Shown here: positions 13,129 through 25,799 of the stretch, one piece after another | How positions within the stretch are numbered: position 1 is the first letter of the stretch | How the letters are laid out: every line of letters starts with the position of its first letter | Assembly (NCBI RefSeq): GCF_902713615.1 | Contig: NC_052151.1 | Span: 125,053,927-125,117,926, forward strand | Reading direction: 5' to 3' | Length of the DNA: 64,000 bases | DNA from: Scyliorhinus canicula | Lineage: Eukaryota | Notes under the pieces: model-generated | The model's database searches: none | What the model saw: only the letters and a program-made list of their open reading frames with translations | What the model was told of the DNA's origin: nothing | Program-made: the position numbers and the translations under genes

Positions 13129-13471
13129 TGTGACATTATGTATAATGTCTAGCACATTAAGAGTTAATGTAATATTTCATCCTACCACCAGATGGATCTG
13201 GGGAGCAGACCTATAAAAAGGAATGCCTCTCAGACTTCTGAGAGAAGGCAGGAGAAGGTTAGAGAGAGTAGGAGGAGAGATAGTGTGAGTGTTAATGTAG
13301 TGTAGATTGTAATTATAGTTTATAATATCGCTAGCCTTAGGAATAGTGTTCAAACTGTATAATAAGTAGTGTAATAAAATTTAGCTTTGTTAATTTAACT
13401 TAGCTTTGTGATCTTTGTGTACACTATGTCCAGAATCCAACTTGAGTATTAGCAACACAAAGAACATCACA
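13129..13471 (+). mobile_element. 343-bp solo LTR with 5-bp TSD AAGGG
   Basis: TGTGA...TCACA termini, TATAAAAG near 13213, AATAAA near 13373; AAGGG at 13124-13128 and 13472-13476. Confidence 0.85.
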
Positions 13472-14689
13472 AAGGGGAAAGAATTGTCCAGAGAGGAGGT
13501 GAGAAGTGGAAAGCAAAATCAGTGAAGTAAAAATAGGAATTCATACTAAAACCAGCAACGTAATGGAGGTACAGGTCAGGGCAGAGGCCCGTAAAGAACT
13601 GGAATGCAGATGCTTCATTTATATCCTATGAAAGTGTATTCAAAGCTGGATTTTTGGATACATTAAGATTCTGTTTATTTTGGAGGATGTGCATTAAATT
13701 AAGATAATCAGTCCAGAGTGAAACAAGTTTGATGCTGAAGAATGACACCCAAGGATAAAGAACTATCCTGGTGACAGCTGCAGATATAAAAGGCATTCTA
13801 AGGCCATATTAATGGAGGGTTATTTGTGCAAAAGAAACTGAAATTATCAAAGTAATATCAAATATCAGAATTATTGGAAATGTAGGTGAATAAAACTTAA
13901 TGAGGGTGAGAGAACAAATTCAAGATCAGAGGAAACCAATTTGCTTGGAGATGAGAAAACTGCGATAAGGGATCTTCAAGGGCAGGCCTGTTTGGAAATA
14001 TTGAGAAGGTGCTGGGTGGAGAACTATCCAAGTGATTAGATCGTTGCAGTCTGAGAAATTATATTTTGACTCTGGATGGTGAGGTCATAGACCAGATAGA
14101 AGTTGGAAGAGGAGCCAAGTAGTTGAGTTGCTCAGGTACAGATCATTTCAGCACAGCTAACTTCAAATTGGCATTAGGATCACAACAAATAAAAGAGAGA
14201 TAGAAGTAAAGAGCTTGCTGTAGTTGTTCTCAACAGAAAGATTGAGTAATGCAATGAGCCCCAAAGAGGAGATCCTGGAGGTTTAGGAATGTGTTAGATG
14301 GGAGAATGGGTTGAATATTCAAGAGGACCAAGTGATAAACTTGGCAGACAGAGCTTGGTATCAAACAAAGCTTTGAGTTCTATATCATTGAAAGTTGTTC
14401 TTTATGGAGGAGTTGGCTCTGAGGTTAACAATTATGCTGAGCCCAGATTCCTCAGGATCAGGGCGGAGAAGGTTGGAGATGATGTTGAGAACTTTTTTTA
14501 CTGAAAAGAAGTTCTCCAGAGAGGAGCAGGTGGGAAGAAAAAATAGAATGTGAAGGCAGTGAAGGGGAGGAGAGATCAAAGAATTGACTGGCATCCAGAA
14601 TTTGGTTGCACTTCTTTCTATACAACTGAAATGAAAGATTTTCCCATTCCAATAATGGTGGAACAAAGAGAAATATTTGCATTTATATA

Positions 14690-15045
14690 ACAATGTCAGG
14701 ACATCCTAAAGTGCTTTGAAGCAAATGAAGTGTAGTCAGCGGTGTAATCAAAGAAACACAGCAGCCAATTTGTGTATAGCCATCTCCCACAAACATGAAT
14801 TACATAACTGACCAAATCCTCCATTTCAGGTGCTGAGAAGAAGTGTTGGTAAGAACATTGGGAAAGTATTTCTCGTCTTTGAATAATAATGTGGTATCTT
14901 AAAGGAGCAGAGGCAAATCCGACAGTGCAGCATTCTCTCAGCAATGCACACACATGCCAATGTTCAGGTCTTTGAAATGGAGCTTAAACCTCCTCCCATC
15001 TTTTGATTTAGAAGCAAGTCTGGCATCACTGAGTTAAGACCGACA
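14690..15045 (-). mobile_element. Degraded Deu-domain SINE (SacSINE1/AmnSINE-like)
   Basis: caggacatcctaaagtgcttt...gcagccaatttgtg...cgacagtgcagcattctctcagca, recognisable reverse-strand Deu-SINE segments. Confidence 0.6.
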
Positions 15046-15909
15046 TATTTATGAAACTGCAGACCAGGATAGCAATAGTGTAGATTGAACTGAAACTGCG
15101 AGAGGGAGCAATTTCAAAAATCTGTGTCAAGCGGCATGGTAAAGAGGAGTACCTCTAATGAATTGGTAAAAACCGTGATTAGAGGAGTACGGTTGCGAGA
15201 TATAGACCCAAGAGAACGACTTGCAGTCAGAATCAATGTAGCACGAATTAGAGCTGAAAGCAGATGCTGAACATGTTATCTGTCAAAATGGATTTTGACA
15301 TGCATGCAGTTACAAAGAAGAAAGTACAGTAATAACTGTAATGGTGAACATGATGAAGAAGGTAAATGGAAATCCTAAGCAGAGCAGACATTTTACAAAG
15401 CCTGGGAGAGAAGTGTCAGAGAATTAAACATTAGAAATAAAAATAAAGCAAAAGTTGGAAACCTGAAACGAAAATCAAAAATGGCAGAAATATTGCATGT
15501 TTTAGCACCGGAACACTATTGCTAACATTTCCTGTTTAATTCAGATTTTCAGCATTCGCAAGAAAAGGTTAATGTTGATGTTTCAGGTGGTAGACTGGTT
15601 GTCAGAATAATTTCAGTTCGCGCTTTCCCCAAATCCGATGTTTGGATTGGGATTGTAAGTAATAAGGACAGGTACAAATCAAGATAACTGAATTGTGTGT
15701 TGAACATGATGGCTTCTGAGCTTCTAGGGATGACTGCTGAAGTGTCATGTTAAGAATGGTGATTGAACTCAGATGAGGAATACAGAACATGATATTACAT
15801 AAATTACAGAACAGAAACAGGCAATTCAGCTCACCAGATCTGTGCTGTTGTTTGATCTCCACACCAGTCCCCACTCACCTTCAGATAACCTCACCACAAT
15901 ATCCTTCTA

Positions 15910-16100
15910 TGAAATGAAAAATGAAATGAAAAATGAAATGAAAATCGCTTATTGTCACGAGTAGGCTTCAAATGAAGTTACTGTGAAAAGCCCCTAGTCG
16001 CCACATTCCGGCGCCTGTTTGGGGAGGCTGGGACGGGAATCGAACCGTGCTGTTGGTCTGCTTTAAAAGCCAGCGATTTAGCTGAGTGAGCTAAACCAGC
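15910..16100 (-). mobile_element. Short tRNA-derived SINE with (TTTCA)n tail
   Basis: Minus strand GCTGGTTTAGCTCA...GGTTCGATTCCC...GGCGCCGGAATGTGGCGACTAGGGG...(ATTTC)n. Confidence 0.88.
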
Positions 16101-17045
16101 TTGGTTTATTCTATTCCTTTCTCCTTCCATCTAGTTTTTCTATAAATGCATCTAGGAATTTGCCATGACTGCTCCCTAAGGTAGGGGTTTCCAGATTTTA
16201 ACTAATCTCTCGATTAAGCAGTTTCTCCTGAATTTCCTGTTGAACTTATTGTTAATGGTCTTCAATTTATCACTCTTCGTACTGATCTTCTTGTGATTGA
16301 AATATCTTCTCTCCATTTTCAAAACCTTTATCAGGTGACCCCCTCAGTCATCTCTTTTAAATGGGTTGGAGTGGGTTACTGAGTCAGTAATTATACAGAG
16401 GATAATAAAGAAATAAGTTCAACAAAGAGGAGAACAGAAAGGAATATGAAAATGTTAGGATAGATATCAAAAACAACATTAGGAAGGCAAAGAGAAACTG
16501 TGAAATTAGATGATCAAGGAATATAAATAGTAAGGGATTCTATAAATACATATATTTACTTCTCTTACCTACTCAGGCTTTGTTTCCACCCAAGTGCTCG
16601 CTCTTTTATTCGGCCATTAACATATAGGTAAGAAAGGAGTCTTGCACAAAACGACTAGTATTTAGTCAATGCATCAGCGGCCGCCAACGATGGATGTGAA
16701 AGCTGGAAATAACCGACTGTTGGCTGTCTATGGGACTCTTAGCTGCATTCTTTTCCCCCTCTGGCAAACAGTGAATTGTTGTTGAGCTGCTGTCCGGTTA
16801 AAGGTTGAGAGCCTGCTCCCAGGAGCTGCCAGTGGTGGTGAGACGAGGCTCTTAGTTGCTCAGGGAAGTGGCTCAAGTAGCCTATGGCCACCCGCTGCCT
16901 TTGCTGTTAAAATTTCATCAGTGTGGGAAAGTGAAGGGTACCTTATCCCTGCCTTCCCTCACCATTTTACTGCACCTCCCCTCCCATCCCTCGATAGATT
17001 TTCAGGCTCGTACAATATTTCTACCCCTCTTCAGGACCGTCCCGT

Positions 17046-17053
17046 CCCCCCCC

Positions 17054-17084
<31 letters not shown>

Positions 17085-17095
17085 ATACACACACA
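17046..17095 (+). repeat. Poly(C) plus (CA)n microsatellite
   Basis: Seen directly. Confidence 0.9.
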
Positions 17096-17490
17096 AAACC
17101 ACCAAGGCTCCAGCCCGCAACTTACTAATTTAAAGTCCAAATGATAACCCAATTATCTTTTCTGATAGGGTACTGATTCATGCGGAGCCTGTTCCAGCTA
17201 TACACTTCCTGGTCCCAATCTTTCAGCTGTGCATTCAACTTCCTGATCTCTCCTATCCCTGTGCCAGTTAGCCCGTAGTTCATGTGTTAATTTTCAGATG
17301 AATGCCCTTTAGGTTTTTAATTTGGTTCCAACTTTTTGACATTCCCTTAGCAGACCCTCTTCACTTCCATACATTATTGATTCCAACATGGACCATGACA
17401 GCAACATATTCCTCCTCCCTTTCCAAGTTCTGCATCAGTCTTTTTTTTCTTTATTCTTTCCATGAGATATTAGGTCACCAGGAAAGTCAT

Positions 17491-18151
17491 GGGCGGGATT
17501 CTCTCAACCGGTGCCGGGCCGGAGAATTCCCGTGACCGGCGCGAATCACGCCACGCCGGCACGTGATTCTCGGCAGAGCGGAGAATCGCCGCCTGCGTGG
17601 TTGGCGTGGCGCTGGTTGTGGGCCGCTCTACATGGCCAGCCCGCAGATTCTCGGCCCGGGATGGGCTGAGCGGCCGTAGTGAAAACGTTGAGTCCAACCG
17701 GCGCCGTCCACACCTGCTCTCAGCCGACGGGAACTCGGAGTCAAAGGTGTGGGGGAGGAGGGGGGGTCCGACCCCGGGGTGGGGGGCCTCCGATGTGGCC
17801 TGGCCTGCGATCGGGGCGCACCGATCGGCGGCCGGCCTCTCTGGCTGGGGGCTTCGTTTCTTCCACGTCGGTCCCTGTAGCCCTGCGCCATGTTGTATCG
17901 GGGCCGGTGCATTGAAGGAAGGCACTGCACGTGCGCGCATTGGCGCTGATGCCACTGCACATGTGCGGATCCCGCGGCGCCCAGTTCAAGCCGGGATCAG
18001 CAGCTGGAGTGGCGCGAACCGCTCCAGTGCCGTGCTGGCCCGTTTTGTGGGCCAGAATTAGGTGTGGGGTTGGCCCGTTCATGCCGCCGTTAAATGCGAC
18101 GGCGTTTACGATGGTGTGGACACTCTTCTGCGGGATTAGAGAATCCCGCTC
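17491..18151. mobile_element. Harbinger-like MITE, 3-bp TSD CAT
   Basis: TIR GGGCGGGATTCTC / GAGAATCCCGCTC; CAT on both sides; inverted homolog of 32308-32970. Confidence 0.8.
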
Positions 18152-18658
18152 CATGTGTTTTTCAGTCTGGGCTAGTGCCTATTGGTTGCCTGGGAAGTCC
18201 CTGAGAAGTTAAAGTTCTTTGCAGCCTGCAGAGAGAATTTGTTTTTTTTAGCTTGGGGAGATGAGGTCATTACTGGGTAGAGCCAAGGAAAGCAGAGAGA
18301 CATTTTGAGAAGCTGTGGAGAGAGGTTTGAAGAAAGGCTTTTGGAAGTGAAGTCTGATCTGACAACCTTTCCTTGTTGTTGGGTCACATGTAAAGGCAGT
18401 TCTCTTTCCCAGTAGGATAGTTTAAAGAAAGAGTGATAATATTTTAAAAGCAGAGCAGTCATGTCTGAAGAGAAGGACGAAACTGAAACAAGCTCGTTGA
18501 AGCAGCTATTTGAAGATATTCAGCCAGAGTTTGAAGGAGTTCTAACAGCAGCCAGAATCTGTTCTGTACTGCAAGTATTACTCCATGCCTTGCTGATTTT
18601 TACGCTGGATTGCGAGCTGTGTGTTTCTTTTCTGGTTGTTTATTGGGAAATGGAGCAG

Positions 18659-19004
18659 TAGAACATAGAACAGTACAGCACAGAACAGGCCCTTCGGCCC
18701 TCAATGTTGTGCCGAGCCATGATCACCCTACTCAAACCCACGTATCCACCCTATACCCGTAACCCAACAACCCCACCCTTAACCTTACACTTTTATTAGG
18801 ACACTACGGGCAATTTAGCATAGCCAATCCACCTAACCCGCACATCTTTGGACGTGGGAGGAAACTGGAGCACCCAGAGGAAACCCACGCACACAGGGGG
18901 AGGACGTGCAGACTCTACACAGACAGTGACCCAGCCGGGAATCGAACCTGGGACCCTGGAGCTGTGAAGCATTTATGCTAACCACCATGCTACCATGCTG
19001 CCCC
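18659..19004 (-). mobile_element. HE1/V-SINE with CR1-type tail, directly downstream of tRNA-Ala
   Basis: tRNA-like head GGGGCAGCATGGTAGC...GGTTCGATTCC; V-domain GTGGGTTTCCTC...GCAGGTTAGGTGGATTGGC-type core; tail GAGGGCCGAAGGGCCTGTTCTGTGCTGTACTGTTCTATGTTCTA resembles the CR1 3' end at 43690-43750. Confidence 0.92.
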
Positions 19005-19009
19005 GAAAG

Positions 19010-19081
19010 TGGAGATGCCGGGGATTGAACCCGGGGCCTCATACATGCAAAGCATGCGCTCTACCACTGAGCTACATCCCC
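19010..19081 (-). tRNA. tRNA-Ala(TGC), intact 72 nt, probably a retroposed copy fused to a SINE
   Basis: Minus strand GGGGATGTAGCTCAGTGGTAGAGCGCATGCTTTGCATGTATGAGGCCCCGGGTTCAATCCCCGGCATCTCCA: full cloverleaf, G3:U70 Ala identity pair, anticodon TGC, A and B boxes. Confidence 0.95.
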
Positions 19082-19959
19082 GTAGAGTAGAGTTAAGGGA
19101 TAATTGTAAGCTGTTCTTTGTTTGGTGCAAAGTATAAAAATGAATGATATTGTAGTTACAATAAAGTTTTGTTTTAAAAAATAACCAAGACCTATTTCAT
19201 CATGCAATCACTCCTACAGCAAATCATTCTTTCCGCACAGTCTTTCAAATTAACTAACCTTTGGGGTTTCGGTCCAGTATCCTAGCCACTGTTGGGGTCT
19301 AACCCGGGATCGTGATATATCTGATTAGAAATTGCTGAATTAGGATAATGATATAATGGGTCAAATGGACTATTTCTGTCCTGTTTGCTTCCATGTACTT
19401 GAGAAGGAAAATAAACAGAGTTCGGGGCTAATTGGAAACTTCTCACAAAGAACCTGCGGAGGTTGGATGGATTGAATGGCCTCCCTCTGTGCTATAATTT
19501 ACTTTGATTATTGAAGTGATGATAAACAGGGATACTTACTGATGTGAACTGTTGCATATTTGGTTAATGTCAAATGTGAAGGAGGGCCAGCAAGGATTAA
19601 TAAATATTGTGTGCTTGAATAAAGGAAAGCACTCCTGTGGATTTGCAGTACATCTCTTTTTGACTGGATAGAGTGTTAGTACGGTACTTAATGTGCAGAG
19701 TACACAAACTCTGGCTGCTTGCCCTGCTGTACTGTCAGAGAAATGACTGTGTTCAGCCCACAACAAGTTGATGTATGCCCCACTATAGACTGGTTTGATT
19801 TAGTGAGCTTCTCTAAAATACTAAGCAGTTCTCAATGTGGCAAATAATTCATCTCGCAAGTGATTCTCTTCCTAGTTTATTTCTGCTTCTCAGGAATAAT
19901 GGATTTATTTTGTTAAATTTGACAGTTGGTGTAATATTAGTAAGGCAATAGTAAATAGT

Positions 19960-20617
19960 GGGGACGATTCTCCTGCCCGCACGCGCAGACACAAATCACG
20001 TTATGGCCGGACATTCTCGCGATAGGGCCAAGTGCGATGAGATTCTCCCCAACCCCGGCCAGCAACGTAATCTAGTTCATGCCCTCGCTGGGTGTCAACC
20101 AGATGAGCATATTTAAATTGTAACTTAAATTTACAGAATTGGCTTAAAGCCAAATTCACTGGACCTCTTTGATTGTCCCACCCACTGACGCCACGTGAAG
20201 TCGGCGGAAATCACTACTGGTCTCCTTGGCTGTGACAATCTGGTTGCACCAGGGCCATCTTGGCACTGCTAACTGGTGGGACCTGAACGGGGCAGTGACT
20301 GAGGGGGAGGACTGAAAGGGGGGGTTGGGGCCTTTGGTGACCCCATGGCGGGGTGTCACTCACCTGGGGTGGGGTGTGGGTGCTATTTTGTGGTCAGCGC
20401 ACCCTTTAAAAATGTACCTCCGATCTCGGAGGGGCCAGTCTTGCAGGCGTCTTTAGGTCCCACACATTTCTTTCTCAGCGCAAATCATCCCAACCTCCAA
20501 AGAATTGTCTAAGTGTGGGTGGATTGTGATCAGAATCACACCAAACCACCCAGAGGGAATCACGCTGTTTTTCCTGCGAGAGGCCACACTTGGAAATCTT
20601 TTGGGAGAATTGCACCC
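19960..20617. mobile_element. Harbinger-like MITE, TSD AGT
   Basis: GGGGACGATTCTCC / GGAGAATTGCACCC; AGT on both sides. Confidence 0.75.
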
Positions 20618-21975
20618 AGTATCTTTTAAAACTTTTGTCCAAAGGAAATCAATGTTTGTTGGTACTGTTGTGAGTCTTGGACTTGCAGAATGTGACCAAG
20701 CATTCACCGTGGCAGCACAGGGAACAAAGCCAAACCGCCCCTGCACCTCGGTCTTTATTGTGTGTCTGATGCTGTGGAATTTTTCACTCCTCCGTGCCCT
20801 GTTTCTTTGCTCTTTAGTTGCTGATTGCGAAAAACTGTAGACTTTCGTAGAATTTGGCTGTAAAATGATTTTAAAATGTTCTTTCCAGCAGTCCATGTTA
20901 ATTCCAGAAGTTGTAATTTAGTGCCGCACAGTGGCTCTTGTAAAAAGAAAAAGAACAGCAAATTCTGGAAATTCAAAAGAATAATAGGTCTGTCAGCATC
21001 TGTGAAAATGAGAGTTAAGTTGTACTTAACTCTGAGTTCAGTTTAATTTATTCTTTAACTGTTATAATAGATGTTGGAGCTTTTATTTTAACTTTGCTAG
21101 GTAAGCAAAAATGCCTTCTATACTCCACAAATTTCTATCCTCTGTGGAAAAAAGGTTTTCAATAAGATTCACTTGTTTATGTTATTACTGTGGATTTTAT
21201 TACTCTTTATTTAAACAGTCTCATTGACAGTTCAGTGATATCAATATTTTTGTTCACTGATTTAAAGCAAAACATAAACTTATTTATTCAGGAACATTAG
21301 ATTAATATTTACATGCTACATATCTGTCACACGCACACAATATGCTTCGTCAACAGATTTCCATTTTGATTCAGCACTGTATTTTCCCATCAAAGGAACA
21401 TCATTATTTAAATGTGGACATTGCTTCTGGATGGACTCAGATGCTGGCTGGCTTGCGGAGGAAAATTGTGCTGTTGCACAATGTTGTATATGTTGTCGGC
21501 TTGTGCTTGAAGCAGCTAAAACCTTCGAACAAGGCGCCTTCAAATTTCAGGCAGAAATAACACACTTGAAGTAAACTTGAAGTGATGGTGTTACTAACCT
21601 GTAACTTGCAGCTCGCAGCAGGAAACCATGGACCACTGGTTTTAAATAGAGAAATGTGCGCACTTACCTGCGCTCTGATGATGCGATGAACCTTCCTTTC
21701 GCTTCGGCAGCTTCGGGCCTCCAGCGCCCCGGTCTGTGCAGGCTCCAGCGCGGTGCAGGAGGACTGCAGCCCCGCCCCCTTAAGACACGGCCACCTTGGG
21801 AATGCCGATTGAGGGCAGGCATTTATCAGTCGATATAGATAGAAAATAACAATGTTTTTAACATTGTAGATGTTTTTTCAACAGTTTTGTTCTGCTCTTC
21901 CTTTTAAACAGGCATGACTATTGATGATTCTATTAAAGTAATTTTTAGTTTTTTTATGATTAATGGGGATTATTT

Positions 21976-22287
21976 ATAATAATCTAATAATCTTTATTAG
22001 TGTCACAAGTAGGCTTACATTAACTCTGCAATGAAGTTACTGTGAAAATCCCCTAGTCGCCACATTCTGGCGCCTGCTCGGGTCACAGAGGGAGAATTCA
22101 GAATGTCCAAATCACCTAACAAGCACGTCTTTCGGGAATTTTATGGGAGAAAACCAGAGAATCAGGAGGAAACCCACGTAGACACGGGGACAACGTGCAG
22201 ACTCTGTACAGACAGTGACCCAAGCCGGGAATCGAACCCGGGTTCCTGGCGTTGTGAAGCAACAGTGCTAACTACTGTGCAACCGTA
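21976..22287 (-). mobile_element. V-SINE with the GTGGCGACTAGGGG...(ATT)n tail
   Basis: V-SINE head and body followed by CACAGTAACTTCATTGCAGAGTTAATGTAAGCCTACTTGTGAC tail. Confidence 0.85.
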
Positions 22288-22473
22288 AACATAGGTTTGG
22301 CTATATGCTTTAAATCTGTGAAACTTTTCAAATTTGTACTATGTTATATAATTTTACATATGACCTGCTTAAAAATGCTTGTATGTTTTAATTTCGACTA
22401 CGGACATAACATTTTAAAAGCGCCCCAGGGCTTTTTGCTGTCCTTGTAACATCCGATTTTTTATTGGTGTTTA

Positions 22474-23125
22474 TAGAATCACTGCAGTGCACAAAAATGC
22501 TATTCGGTCCCATCATGTCTACACTGCCACTCCGAAAGAGCACCCTACCCAGGCCCATACCCTACCCCTAAACCCCACCTAACCGTTGGACACTAAGGAA
22601 CAATTTAGCAAGGCCAATCCATCTAACCTTCACATCTATGGACTGTGGGAGGAAACCAAAGTACCCGGAAGAAACGGCGGTGGCACATGGTTAGCACTGG
22701 TGTCTCACAGCACCAGGGGCCTGGGTTCAGTTCCGGCCTTGGGTGACTATGTACACATTGTACGCTCTCCCCATATTGTGTGGGTTTCCTCCAGGAGCTC
22801 TGGTTTCTTCCCAAGGTCCAAAGATGTACAGGTTAAGTGGATTGGCCATGCTATGTTGTCTCCCTAGGGATGTACAGGTTAGGTTCCAGAGATAGGGTGG
22901 GGGAGTGGGCCCGGGTAGGGTATTCTTTCAGAGGGTTGGTCAGACTTGATGGGCTGAATGGCCTCTTTCTGCACTGTAAGAATTCTGTGGCTCTATTCCA
23001 TGGTTCTAGGAAACACATGCAGACCCAGGGAGAATGTATAAACACCACACAGTCACTGACAGTCCAAATTGAACACAGGTCCCTGGTGATGTGGGGCAGC
23101 AGTGCTAACCAGTGTGCTACCATGT
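22474..23125. mobile_element. Minus-strand V-SINE interrupted by a plus-strand V-SINE (about 22676-22990)
   Basis: The minus-strand body stops near 22672 and resumes near 23005; the inserted copy has its own head and tail. Confidence 0.75.
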
Positions 23126-23819
23126 TAAATATGTTTCTGCCCTGTTGACTTCACTTATCGTATTCATTTATAATTATCTCAGAATTAAATGTTGTGTTCT
23201 GATATTTCAGTAAGACATCTGTCGAAGCTTGTAAAGTTTAACAAAACCAAATATTACAAAAATAATTTTATAAATACAAAACTTTGAAACCAATTAACAT
23301 TTAACTTAATGTATAACTTTATCAGCTGAACAATGACATTAAACTTGCTCAATGTTTATAAATTGCTTGCAAGAAAATATATTTTCTCACTTAAACATAA
23401 CGGTCCCATCTATTTGTAGGAGGGAGGGAAGAGGGAGAAGGGGAAGGTTGGAGAGAAGGGGGGAAAGGGTGGGTTTTGATATATCAATTGTTAATGTGAC
23501 AACCTCAGTCTCCGAAAGCAGCAGCTTATGCTGAAGCGCAGGATCATGGCACACATCTCCTCTGACATCATTTTGGGATTTCTTTTGACAGTACGGCACT
23601 CTTAAGGGTGGGTGATTGATTCGCTGCAATACCTGTCAGAGAGATAGTTCAAATTAGCTTACAGGAGGCTTGCATATATCAACTAAGGCATTAAACATTG
23701 TTAAAGCATTTGAAGTGAAGTAATCGCTGAGGCTTCTAAGGATGAACATTACATCAGGGAAACTTGTAAACAACTCAGCTTAAAATACATTGCAAAATTC
23801 AAATGTATTTTAGCTTTAA

Positions 23820-24360
23820 ATCAGCTGGGAGGACAGGCTAACATTAATGTCCTTGAAGGAGTCTAAAGCACCAGTATTGAGGCTATGATCATTCAAAACC
23901 AAATCTGTTGGGCCGTCCACATGCTCAGGATGTCAGAGTCCCGACTGCCAAAGCAAATCTTCTTCACCCAGCTCAAGGAAGGACCCCGAACAAGAGGAGG
24001 ACAAAGGAAGCTCTTCAAAGATACCTTGAAAGCTTACCTCAAAAAATGGAACATAGAAGTCAATGCCTGGGAGTCCTTTGCTCAGAAGAGACCTAGTTGG
24101 AGGAACCTCCTGAGTGAAGGGTTACAATTCTTTGAGAACACCCAACGGCAATAGAAGGTCCAGAAAAGGAGACTAAGAAAGGAATACCTGCAACTTAGCG
24201 CCCAAGGGCTCATCCCACCTTTTGCAAACTCCTGCCAAGTGAGTGACCGAAGATTCGGCTCTAGGATCAGGCTCATCAGCCAGGCAAGGACCCACAGAAC
24301 CCATGACCAGTAACACTGAATATCTGAGGTGGACAATCATACCCATTAGCGAGTGATCAC
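23820..24360 (+). mobile_element. RTE (BovB-like) LINE 3' fragment
   Basis: ORF 23885-24154 WAVHMLRMSESRLPKQIFF...RGGQRKLFKDTLK...WESFAQKRPSWR is the typical RTE ORF C-terminus. Confidence 0.85.
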
Positions 24361-24535
24361 TGCATTCTATCCATTATAGCTCCTTTAATGGAATTAACAT
24401 ACTCATGACAAACCAAAGTTTAAAAAAAAACGTTTTTTCACCTTCTGTGACTTCAAACTCACTTTATGCAGTAAAGTACACTTTTAATGGAATTAACAGC
24501 CTCATGACAAACCAAGGATTAAAAAAGATAAAAGT

Positions 24536-24993
24536 ACCCTGCACATCTTTGGGTTGTGGGGGTGACACCCACGCAGACACGGGATGAAGATGGGTGGCAC
24601 AGTAGCACAGTGGTTAGCACTGTTGCTCCACAGCACCAGAGCCTCATGTTCGATTCCCGGCTTGGGTCACTGTCTGTGCGGAGTCTACACGCTCTCTCTG
24701 TGTCTGCATGGGTTTCTTTTGGGCGTTCCGGTTTCCTCCCACAAATCCAGAATTACGTGCTTTTCGGTAATTTGGACATTCTGAATTCTCCCTCAGTGTA
24801 CCTGAACAGGCGCCGGAGTGTGGCGACTGGGGTATTTTCACCGTAACTTCATTGCAGTGTTAATGTAAGCCTACTTGTGACAATAATAAAGATTATTATG
24901 TGCAAACTCCACAAAGTGACCCGGGCCAGGCATCGAACCCGTGTCCTCGGCAGCGTGAGGCAGTAGTCTAACCACTGCGCCACCGTGCTGCCC
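24536..24993. mobile_element. Minus-strand V-SINE interrupted by a plus-strand V-SINE (about 24590-24899)
   Basis: Host: gcacatctttgggttgtggggg...gacacggg | tgtgcaaactccac...cgtgctgccc. The insert ends in the GACAATAATAAAGATTATTAT tail. Confidence 0.8.
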
Positions 24994-25799
24994 CTTTATT
25001 TGCATTTTAAACATATTTATTAATGCTAAAGGCTATTAATATAAAACATTATCCTTCCAAAATATGTCTCTCGAAGTCTCCTGCATCTGCTAGACCGAAA
25101 AACAAACATGCAAATAAAAAGGTGTAAAACTCACCTAAAATCTGGGTAAGTGGTCCGAGTTCGTGCCGTAGCTGCATTTTTCACTCAGCAGTTTCAGCGC
25201 AGGGCTTCAAGTGGTGGTGCGGATTTGGTTGGGGGGGGGGAGAATGTCTGAGAATTTCAAGGCCATGCGTTTCCAGCATGCATGCCTGTACCCTCGCACT
25301 TCCAGGTTGTGCACATGTGGAGCACCAACGACTCAAGTCACTGGTTTGAGAGAAAGTTATGGGCCATTATTCCATTCTCATTTGTAAATTCTCTTTCAAG
25401 GCCCTTTCATCACCAAAGCTGTTCGGTTTTCTGGTGCCCATAAGTTCTAAATAATGAAGTGGAAAGTATTCCATCACATGAAATAATCACACTCGACCCA
25501 ACACTGGAGCTTCGTCTAGTGTATTCTTGCAGCTTTCCATGTGGCTGGTGAGCTGGTGCTGGTGCATTGTTAATCAACATATGACTGAAGTGCAGCAGTA
25601 AGATGTGGCACCCAGATATAGATTCTCAAACAATTAGTTACTTGGGTTTTATAAATTATATTACAATATAAGATCCCTTTTTCTTTTAAGACAATTATAT
25701 AATGCCACAATATTAATATAACTATTCCAATCATTACATTTTTTTTACCACAAAAGAAGACTTTTATATAAATAAACTGGACACCTAATGAGTCTTTTA

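Larger units (their letters stand above)
18155..19317 (+). mobile_element. Partial LTR (host of the tRNA-SINE insertion)
   Basis: AATAAA near 19160; ends GGGATCGTGATA, resembling the reverse complement of the TGTTACGATCCC terminus at 36305. Left end unclear. Confidence 0.55.

Noticed and set aside
23480-23650. Possible minus-strand exon with acceptor near 23633
   Set aside because: No frame gives a recognisable protein and no matching donor was found.
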